In this document: in pieces, positions 16,481-25,393 of the stretch
Position numbering within the stretch: position 1 is the stretch's first letter
Layout: each line of letters opens with the position of its first letter
From: an uncultured Phycisphaeraceae bacterium
GTDB taxonomy: Bacteria > Planctomycetota > Phycisphaerae > Phycisphaerales > Phycisphaeraceae
DNA: 32,000 nt
Assembly (NCBI GenBank): GCA_964605235.1
Contig: CAZSBB010000001.1
Location: forward strand, 68,841-100,840
Direction of reading: 5' to 3'
The notes under the pieces: generated by a model
What the model saw: only the letters and a program-made list of their open reading frames with translations
Told to the model about the DNA's origin: nothing
Database searches by the model: none
Program-made: the position numbers and the translations under genes

Positions 16481-18862
16481 TCATGCAGACGTCGAGGAAA
16501 CGGGCTGGCTCGTGCGGGAGTACTCGGCGGGGGTCGCATCGGTGCAGAAACCCCAATGCAGGCCCGCGATGAAGTAGCCCAGCGCCATGATGCCCACGGC
16601 AAAGAGCGTGTCACCGATGACGCGCAGCCAGCGCAAGGTGTCCATGAGCTCGGTCTGCAGGAACGCCGCCGAGCGGGCGTACCACAGGCCGTGTTCGACG
16701 GACGCCACCGTCTGGAGCAGGCCCACCGGGAGAATGCTGATGAGGACCATCAGCGCCAGCCCGACGTTGATGCACCAGAAGGCGAATTTGAGCGACCCGG
16801 TTTTCCAGCCGGTGTGGCCGGTCAAGCCTTTGAGGCAGAAGAGCATCAACCCGATGCCGAGCATGCCGTAGACGCCGAACAGCGCGGTGTGCCCATGGAC
16901 GGGCGTGGTGTTCAGACCCTGCATGTAGTACAGGGCGATGGGCGGATTGATCAGGAAGCCGAACAAACCCGCGCCGACCAGATTCCAGAACGCCACCGCG
17001 ACGAAGAAATAGATCGGCCAGCGATAGGCCGCCACCCACGGCCGACTGCGGGTCAGGGACAGATTCTCATACGCTTCAAACCCGATCAGCACCAGCGGCA
17101 CCACTTCCAATGCACTGAAAGAAGCGCCCAGCGCCAGCACCGCGGTGGGCGTGCCGGTGAAGTAGAGATGATGGAACGTGCCGATGATGCCGCCAAACAG
17201 GAAGATGGTGCAACTGAACAGCACTGCCGAGGTCGCCATGGCGGTGCGCAGCAGTCCCATGCGGGTGAACAGGAAGGCAATGACCACCGTGGCGAAGACC
17301 TCAAAAAAGCCTTCCACCCACAGGTGCACCACCCACCAGCGCCAATACTCGATGATGGCATAGTGGCTGCGCTGGCCGTACATCAAACCCGCGCCGTAGA
17401 AGCCGGCGATCGCCAGGGAACTGATGAGAAACAACGCCAGCAGATGCTTGTGCTCGCCCGGCTGCCGAAAGGCCGGCCACATCGCCCGGCTCATCAAACC
17501 CAGCCATAAAAACAGCCCCACCAGCAGAAACCATTGCCAGAACCGCCCCAGGTCCACGTACTCCAGTCCCTGATGGCCAAACCAATAGCTGGTGGTTAAG
17601 TCCATCTGCTGCCGCGTGGAATACCAGGTTCCAAACAGGGTGCCCAGGACGATCACCAGCAACGCGACGAACAGGAAGTTGACCCCCGCGCGCTGGAACT
17701 TCGGCTCGTAGCCGGACACTGCCGGCGCCATGAACAGCCCGGTCGCCAACCACGCGGTGGCGATCCAGAAAATGCCCAGTTGCGTGTGCCAGGTGCGCGT
17801 GACCGAGTACGGCAAAATTTCCGCCAGCGGCAACCCATAAAACCCTTCGCCCTCCACGCCGTAGTGCGCGGTGACCGCCCCCAGGCCAACCTGCAGAACA
17901 ATCAGGGCTGCCACCACCCAGAAGTATTTGCGAGTGGCGCGCATGGATGGCGTCGGCTGCAGCGCCAGCAAAGGATCGTGCGCGGGCAGGTGGTCCTGCT
18001 CTTCGCCCGACTGCTTCAGCGTCGCGTGAAACCACGCCAGCGCGCCCACGCCCGCCAGCAGGAACACGAAGCTCAACACCGACCAGATGACGATCGAACC
18101 GCCGGGCCGATTGCCGATGAGCGGCTCCGAGGGCCAGTTGTTGGTGTAGGTCACGCGGGCATCCGCCAGCGCCGCATCCGTCGAAGCATTTGTAGCAACA
18201 ACGGGACGCTCGGTGCCGCACGCCCAGGCCGCCCAGAAAAAGAACGCGTTCATCGCCCGCTGCCGCTGTGGATCGCGCAGGGTGCGGGCGGGGATGGCGT
18301 AAGCGTCACGCAGCTCCGGCGGCGTCCTGCCCCCATCGGCGAGAAACAGCAAGTCGTCGTCAAACGTCTGTGCGTCGCCAAACAACGCCGCGTAATACCG
18401 CCCCAGCGCGTCAATGCCAGCCGCACGATCCGCGGACACCGTCAGGACGTCGGCCTGGGGGTCATACCGATTGGTGCGGTACTCCGCCCGCAAACGCGCC
18501 TCGACCTCCGCGCGGGCGACCGCATCCAAAGCCGCGAACGGCTGACCATAATCACGTTGCGACCAGCGCTCGGCGACGTACAGAATCTCCCGGTGCAGCC
18601 AGTCCGCTGACCAGTCGGGCGCCACGTAGGCCCCGTGTCCCCACACGCTGCCGACCTGTTGCCCACCGATGGATTGCCACACCGCCTGGCCGGTGAGCAT
18701 GTCCTCCCCGGTCATCAGCACCGTGCCGTCGGCCGCGCACACCTGTCCGGGATAGGGCGGCGCCTGCCGATATATCTCCGAGCCGTAGTACCCCAGCACC
18801 GCGAACGAACCCAGCACCACCACCGCGAATGCCACCCAGTGTTTCACGTAAGACCGCTTCAT
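16481..18862 (-). CDS. norB: quinol-dependent nitric oxide reductase, single large subunit (qNOR)
   Basis: 793 aa. About 280-aa N-terminal extension without CxxCH (GQAVWQSIGGQQVGSVWGHGAYVAPDWSADWLH), followed by a 12-TM haem-copper-oxidase core with conserved His (TPVHGHTALFGVYG, HHLYFTG, WVVHLWVEGFFE). AGGAG lies upstream of ATG 18862. Confidence 0.92.
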   Translation of the reverse strand: MKRSYVKHWVAFAVVVLGSFAVLGYYGSEIYRQAPPYPGQVCAADGTVLMTGEDMLTGQAVWQSIGGQQVGSVWGHGAYVAPDWSADWLHREILYVAERWSQRDYGQPFAALDAVARAEVEARLRAEYRTNRYDPQADVLTVSADRAAGIDALGRYYAALFGDAQTFDDDLLFLADGGRTPPELRDAYAIPARTLRDPQRQRAMNAFFFWAAWACGTERPVVATNASTDAALADARVTYTNNWPSEPLIGNRPGGSIVIWSVLSFVFLLAGVGALAWFHATLKQSGEEQDHLPAHDPLLALQPTPSMRATRKYFWVVAALIVLQVGLGAVTAHYGVEGEGFYGLPLAEILPYSVTRTWHTQLGIFWIATAWLATGLFMAPAVSGYEPKFQRAGVNFLFVALLVIVLGTLFGTWYSTRQQMDLTTSYWFGHQGLEYVDLGRFWQWFLLVGLFLWLGLMSRAMWPAFRQPGEHKHLLALFLISSLAIAGFYGAGLMYGQRSHYAIIEYWRWWVVHLWVEGFFEVFATVVIAFLFTRMGLLRTAMATSAVLFSCTIFLFGGIIGTFHHLYFTGTPTAVLALGASFSALEVVPLVLIGFEAYENLSLTRSRPWVAAYRWPIYFFVAVAFWNLVGAGLFGFLINPPIALYYMQGLNTTPVHGHTALFGVYGMLGIGLMLFCLKGLTGHTGWKTGSLKFAFWCINVGLALMVLISILPVGLLQTVASVEHGLWYARSAAFLQTELMDTLRWLRVIGDTLFAVGIMALGYFIAGLHWGFCTDATPAEYSRTSQPVSSTSA

Positions 18863-18898
18863 CCGCCAGCTCCTGTACGCCTTGAACCTGCGCCAGCC

Positions 18899-18945
18899 TT
18901 ATTTAACGCTTTAAGGCTTTAATAAATTATTGACTTCTTTTAACG
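18899..18945. promoter_or_regulatory. AT-rich candidate promoter/operator core between norB and the Rrf2 gene
   Basis: TTATTTAACGCTTTAAGGCTTTAATAAATTATTGACTTCTTTTAACGG. Tandem GCTTTAA at 18908..18914 and 18916..18922. TTTAACG at 18902..18908 and 18939..18945. Imperfect palindrome TTAACGCTTTAA (10/12). TTGACT at 18930..18935. Confidence 0.4.
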
Positions 18946-18986
18946 GCCGGATACGCTGTTGTCAATCACCTGTTGCGGAATCCACC

Positions 18987-19463
18987 ATGAAATTGCTATC
19001 TGATGCCGCCGAGTATGGACTGCGGGCGGTGGTCTGGTTGGCCCAGCGCAGAGGACAGGCGCAAAAGGTGCGGGAGATCGCCACCGGCACGCGCTCGGCC
19101 CCGGGTTATCTGGTGAAAGTGCTGCAGAACCTCGCCAAAGCGGGCATCCTCGAAGGCCGACGCGGCAGCCTGGGCGGCTTCACCCTGCAACGCGACCCGG
19201 CGCAGCTCACCGTGCTGGATGTGCTCAACGCCGTCGATCCCCTCGAACGCATCCACACCTGCCCGCTGGGTTTGCCCAGCCACGGCCGCGAGCTATGCCC
19301 GATGCATCGGCGAATTGATGAAGCCATGGCCGCCATCGAGGCGAGCTTTCGGGCCTCCACCATCGACGATCTGCTCAAGGAACCCGCCAAATCCCGGCCG
19401 CTGTGTGACACGCCGGTGGCGCTGACCCGTTCAGCTCGGCCGCGCCAGACCATCAGGTCATAA
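18987..19463 (+). CDS. Rrf2 family transcriptional regulator (NsrR/IscR-like), divergent from norB
   Basis: MKLLSDAAEYGLRAVVWLA...IATGTRSAPGYLVKVLQNLAKAGILEGRRGSLGGF is an Rrf2 winged helix. Cluster-region residues C92, C104 and H107, numbered from ATG 18987. The listed ORF starts at TTG 18930. Confidence 0.88.
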   Translation: MKLLSDAAEYGLRAVVWLAQRRGQAQKVREIATGTRSAPGYLVKVLQNLAKAGILEGRRGSLGGFTLQRDPAQLTVLDVLNAVDPLERIHTCPLGLPSHGRELCPMHRRIDEAMAAIEASFRASTIDDLLKEPAKSRPLCDTPVALTRSARPRQTIRS

Positions 19464-19532
19464 CGACCGCCATGGGCATTACGCACGTCACCGCAGGATC
19501 ACCGGTGAGGGCCAGCTGCGGCCCCGGCCGGC

Positions 19533-21185
19533 TCAGCGTTCGCGCAGCACCACATAGCAGACGAACTGCGGGGCGAAACTGCCCGCCAGCGGCAGCGTGA
19601 TCGGCTGTCCGGTCCACGGCGTTTCCAGCACCGGCGCGCCCCAGTAGTCTTCGACATTGATGAAGCGGAAACGCTCGCCGGGTTTCGCCTGCCACAACTG
19701 CGCCAGGTCGAGAGGAATCGTGGACGCACCCGGCCAGTTGTAAATAATCAGATGGGCGCGGTCGAGTTCATAGGGATTGGGGCGCAGGTACACCCACGCT
19801 TCCTGCGGCGCGGTGGAGACGAATTCGCTGTGCGCGCCCCAGCCGGTGGCCTGCTGCCAATCCGCCAGGCTGTCGAAAGATCTGCCATCGCGGTAGATGT
19901 GCCGGGACGACGGAGCTCCCTCGGCGAAGTAGGTATTGCGGTCCAGTTCACTGCGGCGGGGATCGTAGCGCAGGTTCGGCGCCGCCTGGGGTTCCTCCAG
20001 GAAGTCCATCACGGCATCCCCCTTCGGCGCGACATAAAACGGATCGTCGCCCTGGGGACTGGTCATCATCAACCCGTAGCCGGTGTGGGTGTAGCAGCGG
20101 TTGTCGGTGAAGGTCAGGCGATGCCAGTTTTTGATTTCCACCGCGTTGAGACCGCCGACGAAGACGCTGTGACGGATCGCCAGCGTGCCGTTGTTTTTGG
20201 CGATGTAGCCAAAGTCCGCGCCGCGCTTGAAGCGTCCCGCTGAGCCGCCGCCCTGGGCGATCGCCGCCGCGACGGCCTGCTGCACGTCACCGCCGCCGAC
20301 GATGTGCGCCTGCTGCGGGAAATAGGTGTAGCAGTGGTCCACCTGAATCTGATTGGCGTCCTTGTGCCCGCCGAGCAGGAAGTTGACCACCGGGAGGGCG
20401 CTGCCGACAGGCAGGCCATTGCCATAGAGCACGCAGCCTTCGAAGCGGAAGTTCGCCTGGGCTTTTTCCTCGGCGTAGCCGTGCATGCCCCAGCCGAAGT
20501 TGTTGAAGATCAGGCACTCGCGAAAGGTCTTGGTGGTGTGGGCTTTGGTGTTCTGGGTGTAGATGCCATGCGATTGGGCTCTGGTGTCCCGCCCATTGCG
20601 ATAGAGCAGGCAGCCGGTGATCTCGTGGTCGTTGCCGATATCCCAGGCGCCGATGCCCGAGCGGTCGGGATTGTCGTGGATGATCAGGTTGATGAGCTTG
20701 ACGCCATCGCCGCCCGCCAGCCAGACCGCCCCGCCGCGGCGTGGAGGCAGATCGCCGCCGACGGTGACTTCCACCCCCCAGAGCCAGGTGTGCGAACCCT
20801 GGAGGGTCAGCACATGCTGCACCTCCGCAGCCGCGGTGATGGTCGCCCGCACCCCGGGCAGCGCGCGGTAGATGATTGGCTGCTCCGCGGTGCCGTTGAG
20901 CGCGGCGTTCTGCTCGAAGGGGCCTTGATAAGTTCCTGCCAGCAGCCAGATGGTGTCGCCGGGCGCGATGCGCTGGGCGTCGGTCAGCGCGGTGGCCAGG
21001 TCCAGCGGCGCGGCGCGCGTGCCCGGCGCGTCCGGCAAACCCTCGGGGCTGACGTACAACTCACGCGCCGAGGCGATGCCCACCAACAGCAACACGCCCA
21101 ACCCCGTCAACGCCATTCGCATGTCCAGCATCCTTATACGATCCATGGTGAAAAACAGCGGTCGGGGCGAGCAGCGCTGGTTCAT
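19533..21185 (-). CDS. secreted right-handed parallel beta-helix repeat protein (pectate-lyase-fold)
   Basis: LYVSPEGLPDAPGTRAAPLDLATALTDAQRIAPGDTIWLLAGTY is a typical beta-helix N-cap. PbH1-like repeats follow (LINLIIHDN, ITGCLLYRNG, CLIFNNFGWGMHG, FEGCVLYGNG). ATG 21185 overlaps the upstream stop (ATGA). An alternative start at 21122 (MRMALTGLGVLLLVGIASA) gives a cleaner signal peptide. Confidence 0.75.
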   Translation of the reverse strand: MNQRCSPRPLFFTMDRIRMLDMRMALTGLGVLLLVGIASARELYVSPEGLPDAPGTRAAPLDLATALTDAQRIAPGDTIWLLAGTYQGPFEQNAALNGTAEQPIIYRALPGVRATITAAAEVQHVLTLQGSHTWLWGVEVTVGGDLPPRRGGAVWLAGGDGVKLINLIIHDNPDRSGIGAWDIGNDHEITGCLLYRNGRDTRAQSHGIYTQNTKAHTTKTFRECLIFNNFGWGMHGYAEEKAQANFRFEGCVLYGNGLPVGSALPVVNFLLGGHKDANQIQVDHCYTYFPQQAHIVGGGDVQQAVAAAIAQGGGSAGRFKRGADFGYIAKNNGTLAIRHSVFVGGLNAVEIKNWHRLTFTDNRCYTHTGYGLMMTSPQGDDPFYVAPKGDAVMDFLEEPQAAPNLRYDPRRSELDRNTYFAEGAPSSRHIYRDGRSFDSLADWQQATGWGAHSEFVSTAPQEAWVYLRPNPYELDRAHLIIYNWPGASTIPLDLAQLWQAKPGERFRFINVEDYWGAPVLETPWTGQPITLPLAGSFAPQFVCYVVLRER

Positions 21186-24100
21186 GGCTGCACGCGCAGG
21201 TAAAGCGGCCCGGCGGTCAGTTGCGCCGCCGTAAGCCGCAGCTTGCTCCAGCCAGCCTGCGCGGGCACATCCGCTTGCCGCCACTGACGCTGATCCGTCG
21301 AAAACCCCAGCGTCTGGGCTGGGAAGGCAAGCTCCACATCCACATCGCCGGTGATCTCGAAGACCTGCGGCGCCACGCGACGCACGCTGATGGCAGTGGT
21401 TTTGGTCACCGTGTCCCCCGGGCCATACCACCAGGCGTGCATGACGCCGGCGGGGCCGAAGTCCGCCAGTTCCGGCAGCTTTTCGTCCACCACCTGCCAG
21501 CGCCCCGGCCCACACCGATTGACGCGCCAGAACCGCGTGGCGTCATCGTCCGTCGCCACCCATGTGCGCGGCACGGCCGACTGTTGATCGAGCCAACTGC
21601 CCAGACTGCACTGAATCTCCCGGCTTTCCGCGGCAATCGCGTTGATCGGCGACCGATACAACTCCGCGGTCAGCCGGGTGACGATGCGCGTGCCCGCACC
21701 TGCCGTCAGGTCCGCAGCGATATCCAACGCGGGCACCGCCGACCAGGTTGCACCGCTGCCGACGACGAGATTCCCCCCGCGCGGATCGCTGGGCCAGCTT
21801 TGATCGAGCCACAGCGTGCGCTGACGGTAATCCACGCGCACGATGCGCCCTTCGCGCCGGGCGGCCTGCGTTTTGATCTGCACCAACGGGCTGGCGAGCA
21901 ATGTGCCGCCGGTGAGCGCCGCCTGCCGCAGCCCCTGCTTGTCCTGCGAGTGGAAAGCAAATTCACCGGCCACACGGTAACCGCTCTCTGCCAACTCGCG
22001 CGGCTTATCCGGGCGACCGTCGGCAAAACACACATCCTGCCGACCATCCGCCAGTTGCACCCCCACCGCCACCGCCCGCAGGTGATCGGTCTCATTGTCG
22101 TTGACCGCCAGCGCTTGCACGGACTGGATCAACGGCTCACCTACATAGGCTTCAATGATGGCGGGGAAGACGGATTGCACCTGGCGTTCGCTGCTGCTGC
22201 GCTGCTGGACGTAGATGTGCGTCATGCCATAGTCCATGCGCTTGGAGATCGCCCGCGCACGCAGCGCCTGCGCGCCATCGGCTTCCAGCAGATGCAGGCG
22301 CACGAACTTGCGCGGCGAGTCGGGGTCGAAGTTGATCCCCAGCAACCGATTCTCCGTGCCGTACGCCTGGGCATCGCGGCTGTAGCGCCAGGTGGCGGTG
22401 AGTTGCCCGGCGATCTGGCCGGCGAATTTCGACTCCGGCGCTCGGCCGAAGATGCTCAGGTAATGCTCGGGGGACGCGACGGACGCCGGCCCCATCGCGC
22501 CGGCGTCAAAGCCCTCGGGCGCAGCGCCAACGGCACGCTCCGCCGAGACATTCCAGGTGAAAGCATCATCCGCCATGGCGTGGAAACAGAAGGTGTTGAC
22601 CGTGCCGGCCGCGGTGCGGGCGCAATCGAACAGGTAGGAGCCGGGCGTGACGTTCGCGCGGGGCTCAAGCTGGGGCAACTTCGCCACGGGGTATTGCTGT
22701 GCGATGGTGAGCGGCTGCGACGGCTGGCTGTGGTCCACATCAATCAACGCAGCCTGGCGACTAAAGTGCTGGCTGGCGATTTCCGCGAGCCCCCGCGCTG
22801 CCACATAACGCGCCTGCGGCGCATCGGACAAGCTGGTGATCCAGGCGTGAAAACGCTGCGATCGGCCGTCCCATTCCACGACATTATGAACCCGGCGAAT
22901 GGTGTCGGAAGGAACGGTGTAACCCAGACGCTGCCCCCCGTCGATCAGCATGGGCAGGCCATGGGCGACAAACTGCAGGTCGAGTGAATCGTCATGGTGA
23001 TGGCCATAGCCCAAGCCGGTGCGCAGGTAAGCCGCCCGACGGAAACGTGGGTCGTCATGCTCGTGTCCGGTTTCCAGAATGCCCGCCCAATTGGGCAGCA
23101 CGCGCGAGGGTTGGTCGAGCCACGGCGCGCGGTGCAGTTGCGCCGCGGCGGTTTCAATCGCCTGCCACTGGGCGTCGGTTTCGTTCTGGCGGCCCAGGTA
23201 GTGCTTGAGGATGAAAGCGAACAGGGGGTCGCCACTCCATTCCCAGCCGTCGCGCATCATGTGACGCATCTGCAGGTGCATGAAGCCGGGCAGTTTGTCC
23301 GGGCCGGTGACATCGCCGACGCGCACAAAGTCCCAGCCGGCGACAATGGCGCGCACCATCCAGTAGCAATGCGCCAGCGGCTTGGGATAACGCTGGGGGT
23401 CCATCAGGCTGTAGCGCGGGTTCCCGCCGGCGGCGAGGTAGGCTTCAATCGGCGCGACGATGGTGCGGGCGCCTTCCATCGCGCTGTAGTGCGACGACGC
23501 GCCGTTGCCGTAAGCCGGCCCGTCGGGGTCGGTGCCGCTGATGAGCGCGTCCTGGATGCCCGCCAGCGCCATGGGATAGTAAAACGTGCGGGAAAAGGCC
23601 CATTCCATCCAGGGATCGGTGATGGCGTTGTCGCCCAGCACGGTGGCGACGGTGACGATGGATGCGGGATACACCACATCGCAGTAGTGCAGTATCCGCC
23701 GCGCGGTGTGCTGCACGCCAAAGACATCCATCAGCATGATCAGATCGGAAGGCTGCTTGACCCACGGCACAAATCGGCCGACGGACTGAGCGAGTTCCTG
23801 GTTGTCCTTGATGTAGTCGTAGATCATGTCGTACGACTGGGCGATCCACTGATAGCTGCCGTAGTGGCCAAGGGCATAGGCTTCCGCGGAGCGATAGTGG
23901 AAGCGATCGCGGCCGTACATGCCGGTGGCGTGCACCGCGAAGGCGTGGTAATTCGCCGAGTCCAGCGCGGGCAGGCTGTAGGCGTAACGGATCAGCGCCA
24001 GCACCTGATCGCGCAGGCGGTCCTCGCTCAAGTCCGCAGGCCATTGGGAATCCGGGCGCGGCGTGAGATTCTGCAGGTAAAACTGCCGGTAATACTGCAC

Positions 24101-25318
24101 CGCGTCGGCAATCGGACTCCAGTACCAGCACTTGTTCGGATCACGCGGATCCGGTGTGACGATGCCCTCGCCCACATCCTTGAAGGGATACGGGTCCGGC
24201 AGCGGCTTGCGGGCGCGGAAATCCGCCACGGTGTATTTGAGGTTCAGCTTCTTGTTGATGATGAAGGCATCGTGGTACTGCGGATCGCTGAACAGGTATG
24301 CGCCGCGTCCGTCATGGGCCGGCGTCCATGCGCCGAATTGCGCCTCGATCTGCTCGGCGGTCAGGTTGGGCATGCCCTTGGTCACTTCCCGCGGGAACAT
24401 GACCGTGGGTTGCGATTGCTTGAACTGGTAGCCGGCGCCCTGGTCGTTGAGCAGGGGGAACAGCTCCCACAACGCGCGATCGCGCGCCAGGCGCTGCTCA
24501 GGGGTGTAAATGCTGGGTTTGCGCTGCGTCGGCGGCGCGGGCAGGTCGAGCGTGCGCCGCGTCTTGATCGGCCGGCGCACTGCCCCCGCCAGCACGTCGT
24601 CCACGGTGATGTTGTGCAGCAGCAATGGCACTTCGCTGCCTTCATCCACAGCCAGCGTCACGTGGTATTCGCGCGCGGCGGGGGCGTGAAAATACAGCTC
24701 AGCGATGCAGTAGAACGTGTCGGTGTAGTTGGCGCGGAAGCGCGTGGTCGTCACTTCGCCCGCCAGGCCGTCGTTGACCGTCAGGCGCAGGAACAGCGGT
24801 TTGCGGATCGGCTGCAGGTGCTGCGCTTCGACTGCGCCGATCACGCGCACGACGTACATGCCCCACGGCAATTGGCCCAGATCCAGCGTGAAGACGGGGG
24901 CGTTGGCCGTGACGCGCAGCACCGTGGCCGGGGGTTCCTGTGCCTCCTGCCGGGTGGCGCCGGCGCGCACCACGGCATATACCGGGGCGACATAACTCTC
25001 CGGCTTGAGCTGCGGACTTCCCGGCGCGACTGGTATGTGGGGCGCCACAAAATTGCGGAGCTGCGTACCCCGATCGAACAGGCTGCGCGTGGGGGTGTAC
25101 TTCATCCAGTACGCGCGCCAGTGCTCGACGGAGCCGGGGTACAGTTCCCACTCGGGGTGGTAGCCTTCGTAGGCGTAGCCGGGGGGGATGCCGGGCGGGG
25201 CGGCGGCGACGGGCAGGTTGACGCCCGCCAGTGGTCCGCCGATGCCGTATTCCTGAGCGTGAGTCACTGCGGTGAGGAAGCAGACCCACAACCCGATGAT
25301 GCATAACTGCAAGCGCAT
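21182..25318 (-). CDS. very large secreted protein with central heparinase II/III-like region
   Basis: About 1378 aa from ATG 25318 (MRLQLCIIGLWVCFLTAVTHAQE signal); the listed start is TTG 25336. GYGHHHDDSLDLQF at 22970..23011 matches the His-cluster motif of heparinase II/III-like C-domains and parallels SGHDHPDRLQF in the 9012..11114 protein. The flanking roughly 270-aa N-terminal and roughly 600-aa C-terminal regions are unrecognised. Confidence 0.7.
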   Translation of the reverse strand: MRLQLCIIGLWVCFLTAVTHAQEYGIGGPLAGVNLPVAAAPPGIPPGYAYEGYHPEWELYPGSVEHWRAYWMKYTPTRSLFDRGTQLRNFVAPHIPVAPGSPQLKPESYVAPVYAVVRAGATRQEAQEPPATVLRVTANAPVFTLDLGQLPWGMYVVRVIGAVEAQHLQPIRKPLFLRLTVNDGLAGEVTTTRFRANYTDTFYCIAELYFHAPAAREYHVTLAVDEGSEVPLLLHNITVDDVLAGAVRRPIKTRRTLDLPAPPTQRKPSIYTPEQRLARDRALWELFPLLNDQGAGYQFKQSQPTVMFPREVTKGMPNLTAEQIEAQFGAWTPAHDGRGAYLFSDPQYHDAFIINKKLNLKYTVADFRARKPLPDPYPFKDVGEGIVTPDPRDPNKCWYWSPIADAVQYYRQFYLQNLTPRPDSQWPADLSEDRLRDQVLALIRYAYSLPALDSANYHAFAVHATGMYGRDRFHYRSAEAYALGHYGSYQWIAQSYDMIYDYIKDNQELAQSVGRFVPWVKQPSDLIMLMDVFGVQHTARRILHYCDVVYPASIVTVATVLGDNAITDPWMEWAFSRTFYYPMALAGIQDALISGTDPDGPAYGNGASSHYSAMEGARTIVAPIEAYLAAGGNPRYSLMDPQRYPKPLAHCYWMVRAIVAGWDFVRVGDVTGPDKLPGFMHLQMRHMMRDGWEWSGDPLFAFILKHYLGRQNETDAQWQAIETAAAQLHRAPWLDQPSRVLPNWAGILETGHEHDDPRFRRAAYLRTGLGYGHHHDDSLDLQFVAHGLPMLIDGGQRLGYTVPSDTIRRVHNVVEWDGRSQRFHAWITSLSDAPQARYVAARGLAEIASQHFSRQAALIDVDHSQPSQPLTIAQQYPVAKLPQLEPRANVTPGSYLFDCARTAAGTVNTFCFHAMADDAFTWNVSAERAVGAAPEGFDAGAMGPASVASPEHYLSIFGRAPESKFAGQIAGQLTATWRYSRDAQAYGTENRLLGINFDPDSPRKFVRLHLLEADGAQALRARAISKRMDYGMTHIYVQQRSSSERQVQSVFPAIIEAYVGEPLIQSVQALAVNDNETDHLRAVAVGVQLADGRQDVCFADGRPDKPRELAESGYRVAGEFAFHSQDKQGLRQAALTGGTLLASPLVQIKTQAARREGRIVRVDYRQRTLWLDQSWPSDPRGGNLVVGSGATWSAVPALDIAADLTAGAGTRIVTRLTAELYRSPINAIAAESREIQCSLGSWLDQQSAVPRTWVATDDDATRFWRVNRCGPGRWQVVDEKLPELADFGPAGVMHAWWYGPGDTVTKTTAISVRRVAPQVFEITGDVDVELAFPAQTLGFSTDQRQWRQADVPAQAGWSKLRLTAAQLTAGPLYLRVQP

Positions 25319-25342
25319 GAGATTGATCCGTGGCAATACCTG

Positions 25343-25362
25343 GGCTGCAAACCAGTGCAGCC
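25343..25362 (-). other. intercistronic GC-rich stem-loop (7-bp stem, 6-nt loop)
   Basis: GGCTGCA (25343..25349) pairs with TGCAGCC (25356..25362). Lies in the 75-nt gap between the DUF1559 stop (25394) and the large-protein start (25318). No U-tract follows on the minus strand. Confidence 0.35.
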
Positions 25363-25393
25363 GCAGAGCGCAAGTTGGCGGTGCAATTGCTGC

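Noticed and set aside
16439-18610. 356-aa and 276-aa plus-strand ORFs, plus several minus alternative-frame ORFs, inside norB
   Set aside because: The qNOR frame is unambiguous, with 12-TM haem-copper oxidase motifs. The others are shadow ORFs rich in R/P/G/H.
21186-21515. First 110 codons of the listed 660-aa ORF (19533..21515)
   Set aside because: It overlaps the 3' end of the large upstream gene out of frame and is Gly/Arg/Ala-rich. The beta-helix protein's signal peptide and N-cap begin after the Met residues at 21185 and 21122.
21221-25306. 588-aa and 770-aa plus-strand ORFs opposite the large secreted-protein gene
   Set aside because: They are antisense shadows with low-complexity R/G/A/V/H composition. 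The minus frame has a signal peptide, balanced composition and the heparinase-type His cluster.
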